Shown here one piece after another: positions 1 to 12,853 of a stretch of DNA of 50,782 nucleotides; the stretch's first letter is position 1; each line of letters starts with the position of its first letter. The stretch comes from Hyphochytrium catenoides. Its lineage: Eukaryota; Protista; Hyphochytriomycota. Under the pieces are notes generated by a model. The model worked only from the letters and a program-made list of their open reading frames with translations, had not been told where the DNA came from and did no database searches. The translations under genes and the position numbers were made by a program. The DNA lies in contig FLMG01000978.1 of the NCBI GenBank assembly GCA_900088475.1, positions 1 through 50,782 of the forward strand, in the 5' to 3' direction.

Positions 1-260
1 TAATCACTTTCAGGTTATCATAGTGAATGGAAATCTTGGTTTTTGTGCTGATGGTGGGAAAGATTCTGGTGGAGGAAATTGAGCTTCAGAATCAGTTTCT
101 CGCACCTTTTTATTGGGCCTCTGGGTCTCCATTTCCAGATCTCTCCGGACGATTCAGGCGAACCCATAGCCTAGCGAGTCTATCGGGACGCCTCCTTTGT
201 GGATTGAGGGACTGGCAAGTGGAAGCTTGTGCTTGATTGAAGAATAACGTGCTGCTGCAG

Positions 261-3200
261 ATGGCAAAAGTAGTAGTGGGAGGGCAGAAGCTTAGCTCTG
301 CAGATGTCGTGAAGGTTGCCGTCAACCACGCGCACGTAGACCTCGATCATGCGGCTTGTGAGAGGGTAGGCGACGAAAGTTGACTGAAGGAAGAGCTACT
401 TCTTACTATAATCGGGGCTCTGAACATGACACTAGGTGAAGACTGTGGCTGGCATCTTAGCCAATGCAAAGGGAAGACCAGCATCGGACAAAGAGCCGCA
501 CGCTCCGGCAACCTCGGAGTAAGAAAAAATCATATGTATATAGGCTCATGTTCGGACCCTGTGGACTGACCAATTCCTTCTCTCCCTCCATCGTGGTCTC
601 TTCATATCGGACATCCAACCTCTCCTCATCCCCCTCTCACTATCTCATTCTCCTTCCTCGCCGGTCACTTCGTCTCTTCCCCTTCTCTCTTTTTCCCCAA
701 TTTACTCATGGTTAGGGTCCACCTTGGCACTCATGACATCCTTCCACTTTCTCTCTGCCGAGCAACACTGCTGGCCCAGCTGACAGTTATCATGCAGGTA
801 GGCTAAATGTCTTTCGTGGAGAGCTCTGCCTCCACAATTTTCTTTCTTTTCAAGTCGCCTTGTTCTTTCATTTTACCTTATTCAACTCTCTTGCCTTTCT
901 CCGTTCTGTTTTCTATCCAGACGTCTCTGTCTTTAGTCGGGCATCTCTTTTTTGACCTCCCACCTGGCCTCTATCCCTAGGGACGCTCTGGAATTCGCCT
1001 AGAGGTTGCTCAGCTACTCTGCGGATTCTTAAATCATGGCATCACTCCCCACCTTTCAAGGAACTCAGAGAAGCTCTTGCAAGGCATCCTTGCAGCTATG
1101 CAGGGGACCGGGAGATGCGCCATTAAGGTCTCCTTCTTCTCTTTTAAGCTCTTCTCCTTTCTCTTTACTTTCTCCTTGCTCCCTTCTCCTACTGCCTCTG
1201 GCACATGCCTGCCCCTTGCGCCTAGTCGACGCAGGGTCTGCTCCTTGGTCTTGCGAGACTCCTCTATAGTCCTTATAGTCCTGTTCGTCCTTCCTCATCT
1301 CAGTTGTGGCCTGTTGACTCTTGGTACTAGCCCGTGGTCTCTCTTTGATATTCTAATGTGTTGCTGAACCCTTTCTGGTACCTACTAACCCCTTGTTAAA
1401 TGCTGTCTTCCGTCTTCTCTCTGTCTCCCCATCTCTATATCTTTCTTCACAGGGAGAAGCAACAGATCGGGCGATCTCCGATGCTCTGAAGGAGTTTGGT
1501 TTGGATCCAGTCAGGCTTACCAAGTTTGAAGCCGAGAGCCTCAAGCAGGTGGCTGATCCAGAAGTCTTATGACACCAACCGTTATAGTTGCTCCCTCCCT
1601 CTCTCGTTTCTCGTTTCTTTGACTCCTTCCCGCTTCTTGTGGTCCAGACCCTGTTTGTCCCTTGATTGTGTTATCTCCCTCTAACGTCTGATCTCGCTCT
1701 CTATCTCTTTAACATGCTCCCTCTCCGGCCCTCTTGGTCAACTTTTCTAATAAATAGCCGAACTTGATAGCCACTGCTGGCGTGGCGCTGACCGCTTGGG
1801 CAGCTCGCAACCTTCTAGTTTTGGCAGACTCAGTGGCAGCACTCTCCTTTGAAGCCCTTAAGGTAGGGATATCTCATCTTTCCTGTTCGACCCTTGTCTT
1901 TCAGTGCTCGTCTATCTCCCCTTTCCCTACCTTTGTCCGTCCTCCCGTCTCTGGCACACCACTGATACAGGGAACAACCTCGCCTTGCTCTTCCTGTAGG
2001 CAGGAGTGGACCCTCTGGACCCGGAGTATCACGATGTCTGCAGACCTTTCCGCGGCATTTCTCAAAGCGCTGGAGCACTTCGGCTGATGGTAGAGGGCTC
2101 ACAGCGAGTGAAGGGTAAGGGTCAGGCGGCTGAGGATAACCCCCTAGGGGTAACGCCACAGGTAAAGGGTGTGGGATGAAAGAGAGAAGGCAATCTCTGA
2201 CGCTTAGACTGAGGGAAAGGAGTAGAGAGAGTACAAGAAACATGAAAGCCTAAGTTTAAGAGTGACTGCGCCATTCCAACGTTGTGTTGCAACTGTTTTG
2301 CTTGTTTTCCCTCTCTCGGGCGCTTACCACTCCTCCGTCTCCGTATGTCTGACTGCGTCTGTGTTGATTTCCGGTAGTTGCACGGTGCCGTCAAAGAGCA
2401 CGTTGATATAGCGCTGAAGGCTGCGGAGACAGAATATAACTCCGCTCCTGCCGGACCCGTAAGCAAGACTGTTGACGGGAAGACGCCCGCTCATCCCCAA
2501 GTTATCGCGCAGACGCTACTGTCTCTCTCTTCCTCTCTTCTCGTGCTGCTAGAGGGCAGCCGCTCGAGGAGGGAGCTCTTAGGAGAAGAAGAGAGAGAAG
2601 GAGATGATCTACCTTCGTTCAATGAGAACCTTTTCCACGCCGAAAACGTTGTGCGTTCAGGGAAGATCCCTCTAGGTTCAGTCCTCCAGCTTTTGGGGCT
2701 TGCAGAGGCCGTTGAGAGGTCGCTTGCGTTGGAGTTGGAAGCTTGCTTGGATGTAGGAGCTCCTATGTCTATGGCTTCCTTGAGCTTTTTGCGTTGATGC
2801 CTCTCTTTCGCGGCAACTCTTTTTTCCTTACGGCGCTCCCTGAGCCATCTTGGGGTGCCTTAGGCTGGAGTCTTTGCTTGTCGCCTTTCTTCTGCCGGTC
2901 ACTTTAAGGCGTTCTCCTCAATCCCTCTGGCTTCTTGCCAGTGATGTACTCTAATTAATTTTATGGTGGAAGGTGCTTGGAAAGGAAGAGGAGGCTCTGA
3001 AAGCTGCAGCGGCGGCCGCGGAGGAGAAGCAACAGCAACATCACGCGCCTGTTGCTGAGAAGCAGGTGAGAACGAGCAATGGCCATCGTGGACACAAAAA
3101 TACCGCTTGCCTTTGCCGTCTGCGTTCCTTGTTGCGTACCGGGCTTCCTTCTCTCTCTGTTCCCCTGCTCTGGTATATCTCATCATTTCTCCGCCGCTTT

Positions 3201-6200
3201 CGAAAACCTCTCTCTGATTGCTTTTGGTTAGTTTGGGTCCCTTTGCATTGCTTTACGTCACTTACCTGTCTCTATCCTTCTATTTCAAGATTGACACCTC
3301 GAAGCTGTCAGCGGAGCAGATAGCGAAGATGGAAAAGAAGCGAGCGGAAAAACTAGCTAAACAGCAAGCGAAGGCCGCGAAGAAGAAGAAGAGAGGAGGG
3401 CTGGTCATTGGCAGTGGCTCTGCTGCTTTTAGAGACTTCTGCCTGCAGAATGGGGACGGCGAGAGGGAGATAGGGGGAATGAGAGATGTGAAGCGGATGG
3501 ATGCCGTCATAAATGCATGGGAGGCAGGTGCTGGAGGGACCATCAGCTTCTTAGAGGAACTCTATGGGAAACTCAGTAGCGGTGGTAGCAGGCGGAAGCC
3601 CAAGATTGCGAAGGTACAGAGTCAAGGCTTATGCGCAGTGAGAGGGGTTTCTCTATAACCTCGTTTTCGGTTTCCTTTCGCAAGCTTCTCTTTTCCTCTC
3701 TCTCTGTTCTTTGGACTATCTATTTTCCTCTTCTCTCTCTGTCTCTCTCTTGCTTTCTTCTTATCAACAATTGTCGGTTATGGGCTCCTCTCATTGAGGT
3801 TCTCTGTTTCCTTCTATAGCGTTTCTAAACCTATGCTGCAGGGAGCTCGTGATTATCTTCCGGAGCAAATGGACATCAGAGTGAGAGCTTTCAACATTAT
3901 TCGCGCTGTCTATAAGAGGCACGGCGCCGTTGAGATCGATACACCTGTCTTTGAGGTGAGAAGTAGCTGCTCCTCATTTCTCTCTTCCCCAACCTTTGGG
4001 CTCTTTCTCTGTCGCTGTAGCCCTTGCCTTGTCATCCTCAGACTCCGCTTTCTTCTTCCCTATGTTTCGTCCACCTAACTCTCGCAAACCTTTAACTCTT
4101 CTATTTCAGCTCAAAGAAACCTTAACTGGCAAGTACGGCGAGGACACAAAGCTCATCTACGACCTAGCAGACCAAGGAGGAGAGCTTCTGGCTCTTCGAT
4201 ACGACCTCACAGTCCCTTTCGCGCGGTTCTTAGCGCTTAACTCCGTTGGCAACATTAAACGGCTCCACATTGGGAAGGTGTATCGCAGAGATCAGCCAAT
4301 GATGAATAGAGGGAGGTATCGCGAGTTCTATCAGTGTGACTTCGATATCGCAGGGAACTATCCCTCGATGTTGCCGGACGCGGAGGCCATCACTGTGGCG
4401 TGTGAGGCCCTCACTGCTCTGCAGATTGGCCCGTTCAAGGTCTAGCGCTACCGGATCTCCCTCCTCCGTCACAACCATTTGTACCCAAGGGACTTTCCCC
4501 TTGTATAGGGCTAATCTCTCTCTCTCGGGCGCTTTCTCTATCATCTCCTCTTTGGTTCATCTTCATCTCCTCTTGGTAGATGCACGCAGAAAGGTGGCTT
4601 TCCTATCATTAGTTTTAAGCTCGACGATGGGCCTCTTGGTTCATCTTTATCTCCAAGTGCCACCTTTCTGCGCGCATCTACTTTTACTTAGAATCTATCT
4701 CTCCCAAAGCTCTTGGGCCTCCAACGCTTTGCTTCTGTCCACATCTGATCTCTGCGAGGCTTATTGGTTGACTCCTTCTTATCTTCCTCTCTCTCCTCCG
4801 TCGCGCAGGTCAAATTGAATCACAGACGCCTGTTGGACGCTTACCTGGCGATCGCAGGGGTGCCAGCTAGCAAGTTCCGGACTATCTGTTCGGCCATTGA
4901 CAAGCTAGATAAGGAGCCCTGGGAGGCTGTTAGGCGCGAGATGGTAGAAGAGAAAGGACTTGATGAAGACGTGGCAGATCGCATTTTCCCCTTTGTACAG
5001 TTCGTAGGAGAGCCAGGAAAGAGCAAGGAGCTCCTCTCTTCGTTCCTCTCTTCAGACACCTTCAAAGACAGTGCCGAGGCCACGGCAGCTCTCAAAGAGC
5101 TCGCACTTCTCTTTGATTATTTGGAAGCTATGGGCTCTGGCCACCTCGTTTCCTTTGATCTCAGTTTGGCGCGCGGTCTGGACTATTATACGGGTGTCAT
5201 CTATGAATTCGTTAGCTTACTGCCGAACAATGTTGGCAGTGTTGGTGCCGGAGGAAGGTATGGGCAGGCTTCTCTCCCCGCTCTGTGTCCCTCTAATTCC
5301 TCTTCACTGCTGGTATCTTCTGATGATCAGCGCGAGCTGTGCGTCTGGTCTATCAGCTTTCTTCGCGTTCTTTCCCCAAATCTTGTCCTCAGCTAGCTCT
5401 CCCTCACAATTAGAGTCTAGCTACCGCTTTGACATTGTAGACACACTCTCTTTCTCTTTCTCTCATCTTCCTGTTCCTTTTCCCGCTGACCTTCGTTGCA
5501 CGGCGCTATCACGTTGTTCCTCTCCTCATGTTTTAGGTACGATAAGCTGGTGGGTCTTTTCTCCAACGAGGAGATTCCCTGCGTAGGTGTCAGTCTAGGA
5601 GTAGAGCGCATCTTCTCAATCTTAGAGGCCACTGCCCTTGAAGGACAAGGAAAGCTCCGCCGCCCCACTGTTCAGATCTTAGTGGCCTCCACAGGCGGAG
5701 ACATGCTGAAGGAGAGGCTGAAAGTCTGCTCGGAGCTGTGGAAAGGAAGGCTCAGTGCGGAGATTCTTCCTGCCGAGAACCCAAAGTTAACAAAGCAGAT
5801 TCAGTACGCGCTTGAGATGGGTAAGCCAGTTACGCGGAATAGATGACTAGAATTATAGGAAATAGTCATAGCTGCGAAAGAAAGTAGAGAGCAACGGGCT
5901 AATATTATGAAGAGGGAGAGGGGTGAGAGACGGAGAAAAAAGGAAAAAAAAAGGGAGAGAGGAGGAGAGGTATGGCCACAAGCAGTTGAGGGTGCACCAA
6001 GCAGATAAAGGGCTACGAAGAGAACAAGCAAATTGCTCCTTCGATACGTAGCTGACCTCTTTTTTGATCTTGATTGTCATGCTCTCTTTCCAAACAATCT
6101 CTTTCCCTCCTTCAATCTCCTTCCGCTCGCTTTGTGCCTGTCTCCTTTCCTTTTATCCCCATGTTTCTCAGGCATTCCCTTTATGGTCGTGATTGGCGAG

Positions 6201-6347
6201 ACTGAGCTGGCGCAAGGCATTGTTAATGTCAAGAATATCGCGAAGAATGAACAGACAGCGGTGAAAAGAGACGAGCTTGTTTCTTTCCTTCTCTCTCAAG
6301 GATGCAAACAGATAGGAGACGAGAAGCTTGAGCTAAGTGAACACTAA
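261..6347 (+). CDS. HARS: Cytosolic histidyl-tRNA synthetase with N-terminal histidine/phenylalanine ammonia-lyase-like domain (~15 exons)
   Basis: Spliced exons at about 261-365, 436-518, 716-797, 981-1127, 1453-1548, 1758-1862, 2000-2161, 2379-2752, 2973-3065, 3290-3612, 3842-3955, 4110-4439, 4809-5257, 5537-5820 and 6172-6347. HisRS motifs: [57 protein letters not shown]...[38 protein letters not shown], and the anticodon domain [12 protein letters not shown]. The N-terminal exons encode HAL-like [35 protein letters not shown] and [12 protein letters not shown]...ETEYNS. Confidence 0.95.
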
Positions 6348-6867
6348 GATCTTAGAAAGAAACAAAGATCAAGGGAGCCATACTCTCTCTCTTGAAAGAG
6401 AAAGACTGACAGAGCTAATATCGAGCTGACAATAAAGGCCTCTAACGAGATCCTTTTCTGCCTCTTCCGCCGTGAATCTTCTCTCTCTCCCTGCATTATG
6501 TCTCTCCTCTTGGATCTTTCTACGCTCTTCTCCTCTGGATGCCTCTTTCTCCCTGTCTCTCTTGAGCGTTGTTATTTCCCCTTCCTGCTGTCTCTCTTCT
6601 TTCCCTATACCGGGTTGAAGAGCCGCTCCTGAATGGCTGAACCATCCTAAGGATAAACGCATTGCTGGGGAAGAGAGGAGAAAGAGAGAGACATAAAAAG
6701 GAAAATGGTCTGACTTTCCTAGATAAAGGAATAAACTGTTGGACCCGTTGTTTAGTCACTTATCCTAAGAGTCATAGGCATAGTAGGAGCGCTCTTCCCT
6801 TCTCTTACCTGTCTTCTCTCTCTGTCTCCTTCCTCTCTCTCTTCTTCCACCCTATTCTCTCTCTCTC

Positions 6868-9800
6868 TTACTCGACCTCCATCTTCTCTCCATTCACATC
6901 TTCAGCCATCTCGTCATCCGTCTTCGCAGGAGGCTTTGGGCCCTCGGCGTCAGACATAAAGAAGTCCGCATCAACGTCTCCTTGTCCCTTCTTCTCTTCC
7001 TTGCCCGCTTGTCCAGCTTCTGCTTGTTGCTGAGGCTGCTCTTCAGTTTTCTCTTTCTCTCCGGTGGCAGCAGGCTTCTCTTCCTTTGGCTTAGGCTTGG
7101 TAAGAACAGGCCTGCAGGCGTTTTCCAGCTGCGATCTCTTCTCTCTGATCATTGAGGAAGTGAGGACAGGGTTCTCATGCATTTGTCTCGAGCTCTGTTT
7201 GTCCATCTGGTCGTACAGCCAGGTTCTAGCTTGAGAGCACTCTCCTCTGACCTTGTTCCACTCTTCCTCCGTGATGTGAGAGAAGTTGCCGCCCTCTCCT
7301 CCTCCAGCGTTGGCGCGTACAAAGTTCTCACATTCTTCTATGGCTGTCTTGAGCTCATTAGCAGCAACCTGCCTCTCAGATTGCTCTCTATAACGCATCT
7401 CAATCGGGTCTCCGATCTTCTTCAGCTCATCTAGCTTCTCTCTGAAGGTGTGTTTGGCACCAGAGAAGCCCTCGTCCGAGTAGAGCCAGTTTTCCATATC
7501 CTGAAGACGGTCATTGAAGGTCATTCTGTCCTTTTCTAGACAATAATCACGGAGCTTATCAGAGATTTGGTTCCTCATGTCGTAGATGTACGTCTCTAGG
7601 GCGTTGCGCATGTCTGCGGTCTCTTCGATGAGGCGATCCTGCAAAGCCATCTGTGCCTCTTCCTCAATAGCATCAATCATTTCAGCCCGCGTGAGGCCCG
7701 CGGTATAGCTCTCCACCTGCAGCTCAATCTTCTTGAACTTCCGCTTTTTTCCGCCTGCTGCTGCCGCTGCTGCCGCTGGAGCTTTCTCACCCTCTGCTGC
7801 TGGAGCCTTCTCTGTCTCCATCTTCTCTCCTCCTTCTTTCTCCTCTTCTGGCTTCTTTTCTGCCTCAGCAGGCGCAGGTTCCTCTGGCGCTGGCTGCATC
7901 AAGTGAGCAGAAGAGACTGAGAAGATGCCATGAATATCTTCCTTGACATTAACACGGACGCTGGCAGCTTCTTCTGCAGAGTTCTCTCCGACGCCCTTGA
8001 TCTTGAACTTCCCAATGGCCAAGTCAGAGGAAGGAGGAAGCATGGCTGCGGCTTCAGGAGCGTACGATGCAGAGACTTCAAAGTCTTCTTTCCTTCTGAA
8101 GGTAATACGGCGAACCTTAGGGTAGTCGTCCCCTCTCTCAAAGATATTATACTCATTGACTCCTTCCATGCCTTCTTCCTCTCCCTCCTCAGTCTCCATC
8201 GGAGAGGTAGCGGTTGGAGGAGGAGGAGGAGGCAGAGAGGAAGCTACTTGGTCCCAGAAGGCCTTGACAGGGTACTGAAGCCTGTCCACAATGTTGAACT
8301 CCTTAACCTTGAAGAGAGGAGACAAGATTGCGCACTCCAGGGCACAACCACGCGCAACAGACTCATCAGCATTTAGAGTGGTGCTTTACACCGAGAGAGA
8401 GAAAGGGAGAGTATTGTTAGGTTTCCGGTCTGGCACAGGACAACCATTGAGAAGGAGGGCTAACGAATGATGGGAATAGATAAACGGATCTCTGGATAGA
8501 GAGATAGACAATGAGGGAAGAAGGAGCAGAAGGGAGAGGGAACTGAGAGAGAAAGACTGCTTACCTGAGCCCAAAGTTCTGCTGGTTAGTGTCCAGCCCA
8601 AGGATTTGCGCCAGCTTGACCTTCACAGCGGGCACACGAGTGCCTCCGCCGACGATCTCCACGTTAGCTAGCTGCTTTGCCTCAATACCAGCCTCCTTTA
8701 GTGCTGAGACGACAGGACCCTACACATTGAGAGAAGTCGTTAGGACTTGGGCACAAATTAAGAAGAAGGAAAGGTCCGGAAGACAAGAGAGACAGGGTTA
8801 AGCATTACCTATCTAGAAAGAGAGAGGGAGAGAGAGAGAGAGCAGGAGAGAGAGCAGCAAAGGATCAGGGCTTCCAACGACGTAGAGAAGAGGAAAGAAG
8901 GTAAGCAGTTGCTTACCTCAAGTCTGTCTACAAGTGGCTTGATAATCTCTTCAAAGTCAGCCAGCTGCACGTTAGTCTCAAAGTCTCTCTCTTCTTTCAG
9001 GCATTCGACAGAGACGTGAGACATCGTGACTCCCAGGGGACTCAGACTCTTCTTTGTCTTCTCAGCTGCGGCCATCAGCTTCAGAGTGGCCTAGAAAGAA
9101 GGAAGGAGAGGGCATTAGACAGACATGTTGGCTCTCTCTCGAACCTCGGGGACGTATAGATGGCGAAGGAAAGAGGAGAGCGAGCCGCCCTAAGCAGCAA
9201 AAGATAGAGGAAGTGTCCTCTCCCTATCGGGATCAGCTGGGAAGGGAACACCGAGCGATACGCGACGATAGGGACGTGAGATGGAGAGTTTCTATAGCTC
9301 AAGCGCTCGTGCTCCACTGCACGGAAGAATAGTAATGGAGCCTCAAAATCTCGAGCAGACAGAGTGAAACAAGAGAGGACACAAGAGCTCTAAGGAGAAA
9401 AGCCGATGACAAGCAGAGCACGCCAGACAGAGCTACCATCAGATAAAATCGAAAGAAGTAAGGCGGACGCCGCTCTCCCGGTCTTACCCTCTTATCACTA
9501 GTGACGTCCAGCTTGGTCTTTGCCTTGAACTGCTCGGCCAACATCTTATATAAAGCATAATCAAAGTCTCGTCCTCCAAGATTCCTATCATACGCCACGC
9601 CCTTCACCTCCAACTTCCCCTGGACGAAGGCGACGACACTGACAGTGTAGCCCGAATGCCCAAGGTCTATGAACATCACATACTGAGGCTCCGTGGCGTG
9701 GAAGAGGTTCCTAGCGCTCTTATAAATGCCGTAAGAGAGCGCCGTCGCCGTGCTTTCATTCATAAGTCTAAGGACGTTGACCCCTGCTATCTCTGCGGCA

Positions 9801-10657
9801 GAGAGCATGAAGCGGCGCTGAGTATCGGTCCACCATGTGGGAACAGCCAGGACCGTGTAAGCGGCAGGAAGGCCAGGATTTGCCGCCTCTGCAATCTGTC
9901 TAAGCTTGAACAGCATCATCGCCACCACCTTCTCGCAGGAGAAGACCGTGGGCTTGTCGTTGTACATTACTTCTACGCCTACAAAGCCGCTTGGAAGTTC
10001 AACACATTTGAACGGCAAGCGCTGGATCTCGGCCTGAACCTCTGGCTCTTTGAACCGGCGGCCAATAAGGCGCTTGATCTCCACCGCAGTGTTTTTCCAG
10101 TTTGAGCGAGCCTAGCGAGGAAGTAGGAGCCCAGTCAGCATGAGTAGCTGCCAGTGAACAGGGGCCAGAGAGATGGAGGAAGTAGAGCCAGGAAGACAGA
10201 ACTCATAGGGGAGAAAGATCCAGCGCTAGGAGCAGCCAGATTCGGATATTTCAACAAAAAAGGAAGAAAAAAATATGCCTCTCGTGCTACTGACTCTGAA
10301 GACTTCGAGCATGGAGGTACAAGGGGAGAGAGAGGGAGAGAGAGAGAGAGAAGTAAGAGGAGAATTTTTGCCATGAGACTTACAATGGACGCGGCCGCCT
10401 CGCCCATGAAGCGCTGCTTGCCTTGGAAAGACACCACATTACTGTCAAGGCAAACGGCCGAGAGTGACATAGAAATCCAGGAAAAGAACCATGAGGTCAG
10501 TCCGAAAGCCAAGCTTCTGCCACATAGAAACGAAGAACATTGAGACTTACGGATTCTTCCTGTTCGAGTTCTCATTGAGGATGACATCAATACCGCCACG
10601 CTTGGCCTGTGCGATGACGCACTCGCTGTTCCCGAAGTCAATGCCAATCACTGACAT
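6868..10657 (-). CDS. HSP110: Hsp110/HSPA4 (SSE-type) Hsp70 nucleotide-exchange chaperone
   Basis: Starts MSVIGIDFGNSECVIAQAKRGGIDVILNENSNRKNP at ATG 10657. Contains LRLMNESTATALSYG, DRNLGGRDFD, EIVGGGTRVP, STTLNADESVARGCAL, an acidic loop and RNALETYIYDMR, and ends KMEVE. Multi-exon with canonical GT-AG introns. Confidence 0.95.
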
Positions 10658-11019
10658 GATTCTGCCTGCAAGCCGCCCAGCGCGTCAGTGTGAGCCGCAA
10701 TGTTTACCAGAAAGCTATAATATGTGGGAGGCCCAGAGACAATACTGTGCAGAGACACTTAGAATAGTGGCGGCAGGGCTAAAGGCCACGAGTGAAGCGG
10801 TTCACTCACTCTAACAATGCGTCAAGGTATGCAGCAGCTGAATCTCAGTTAATGCACGTGGTAGAGAGCGGTGGACGAGATTGTGAGCTCTTATCTGCAA
10901 TCTGAAGACTTGTGAGAGATCTGTGAGAATCTCTGAATTACGCAGATTCGTCTCAATAGTCACTCTTATTTCTGCTCTGTCACGAGTAAGTGGCGCGACT
11001 CTGCCGATGATTATCCCCT

Positions 11020-11148
11020 CTCCTCTCTCTCTCTTCCGTTCACTCTCTCCCTCTCTCCCTCTCTNNNNNNNNNNNNNNNNNNNNNNNNNNNNNNNNNNNN
11101 NNNNNNNNNNNNNNNNNNNNNNNNNNNNNNNNNNNNNNNNNNNTCTCT
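11020..11148. repeat. (CT)n microsatellite flanking an assembly gap
   Basis: CT dinucleotide runs on both sides of the N run at 11065-11143. Confidence 0.85.
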
Positions 11149-11951
11149 CGGTCAATGTGTTCAGTGGACAGGAACTCCGAGGTCTCTCAAGTTCTTTCCC
11201 CTTCTGATCTCTGCTGAGCACCTGCGGGAACCTGGAACCACACACCTGCACGAGACAGAGACAGAAAGCCAGAGAGGCAAGGCATTTTTGGAGTAGAGAT
11301 ACTTGGTCGATCCTACAATAGAAAACTAAAAAAGAGTTTAGGCTACATGTGTATGTAGAGACAGAGTAGGAGTTATGGAGAGTGAGAGCTTGTAAGAGAT
11401 AGGGAAGCAAATGAGGGGAAGTGAGGTGCGAACATTTTGTTTGTGGATCCTGGGGTGGAGAGATCCCATGCCCAGCGCTGGGTACCAGAAAGCAATTGCA
11501 GCCTCAGTTTACCAAGGTACCGTGGACTCTACACAACCAGTAAATCATATACCCATGGGCGGATTTGTCTGGCCGCATTCCGCACATTGCCACCAGCCTA
11601 GCGGTCAGTTTGATCTCGAAGCTTCGTTTGAGCGCACGAATGTGAACTGAACTACATTTGTCTAAGATTATAAGGACCCCAAGGTGCGGAGTCTCCCCTC
11701 CAAATCGCCCGTTTTCTAGAAGTTTTCTTTGGTACAAGTAGTATCTTTCCCATCAAGAGAATCTATTGACCAGTACTGGGGGTGGCCTCCTCTACCCTAC
11801 TGGGGCTCTGCCCCCATGAGAAGGCTGTAATGTCTACTGGGCGTTGGGAACCCCCAGTCAGAGATTTGGGGGTACTCACCGGAGGGATTGTTAAAATAGG
11901 CATGATTTGTTGATGATGGCACAGCTCCTGCTGTCCGATGACCTTTCGGTC

Positions 11952-11954
<3 letters not shown>

Positions 11955-11993
<39 letters not shown>

Positions 11994-11997
11994 GTGC

Positions 11998-12030
<33 letters not shown>
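11955..12030. repeat. (CT)n microsatellite
   Basis: Near-perfect CT run. Confidence 0.9.
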
Positions 12031-12853
12031 CATCTTCTTGCACTCCCTCCCCTAAGCTTTCGACCTTTGATGGCAGCCCTTTCCGTGTCATCGTCCCCTG
12101 ATAACGTCGCACTACTTCTGGACTTTTCTCTCCCTTTCCAATGCCGTTTCCTGTACCGTTTTGGTCGACGGCTGCTGAGGTAAGGAATGCCACTGAGAAG
12201 GTCACGGTGCAATGATAAGAAGATTGGTCACGGCTTGCCTTGGAAGAGGAGAGCAGCAGCCAAAGGAGTAAGCAAGATAACATGCTCTACAAATGCATTA
12301 GCATAGCACAACGAGGGAGGCATGCCTTCTTCTTTTCGCCTCTTATCTGTAAACCCCTTAGCCTTTCCTTCAGAAGAGACGTTAGGGAAAGCACGCCAAA
12401 AGAAAGACTAGAATAAGTGACTTCTCTCTCTTTCTTGCGTGGACTTCTGGTTACACTGGATATTTGTACTGTTGCACCTATGAAACATATTACGCTTCGC
12501 CTCAGAGGAGGATTATCCCTATAATAAATCGTTTCGGCCGGAGACGTACAGAGAAGGTCGACAAGAGAGAGGACGAACGCGAATAGTCGCAGGTCATGTC
12601 GCCTTGGTAACTAACTGAGGGCTAATGACAGCCGTCCAGTGGCCGCCTTCTTTGGCCTAACCCCCAAGGTAGCGGACAAGGTGGCAAAGGAGAAAAGAGT
12701 TGACGCGGTGTCATCATAAACTTCTCCTGTCCGGCCGTTGATAAGCCGTATAGCCCTCGATCTAAGGTCCATGTTATTGCCAGAGGCGGGGAAGAGAGCT
12801 AGGAGAGGAGAGAGAAAAGAGTAGAATGCTCCATAAGCCAGTGAGCCGCCATG

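Noticed and set aside
27-236. 69-aa ORF upstream of HisRS
   Set aside because: No motif, and the HisRS ATG at 261 with HAL-like sequence explains the locus.
11714-11727. Heat-shock-element-like TTCTAGAAGTTTTC upstream of Hsp110
   Set aside because: Only two correctly phased nGAAn units, about 1 kb from the ATG and across an assembly gap.
12300-12800. Possible telomerase RNA or scaRNA next to WRAP53 (CCTAACCCCC near 12656)
   Set aside because: No 1.5-repeat telomeric template or clear H/ACA structure; adjacency to WRAP53 is not evidence.
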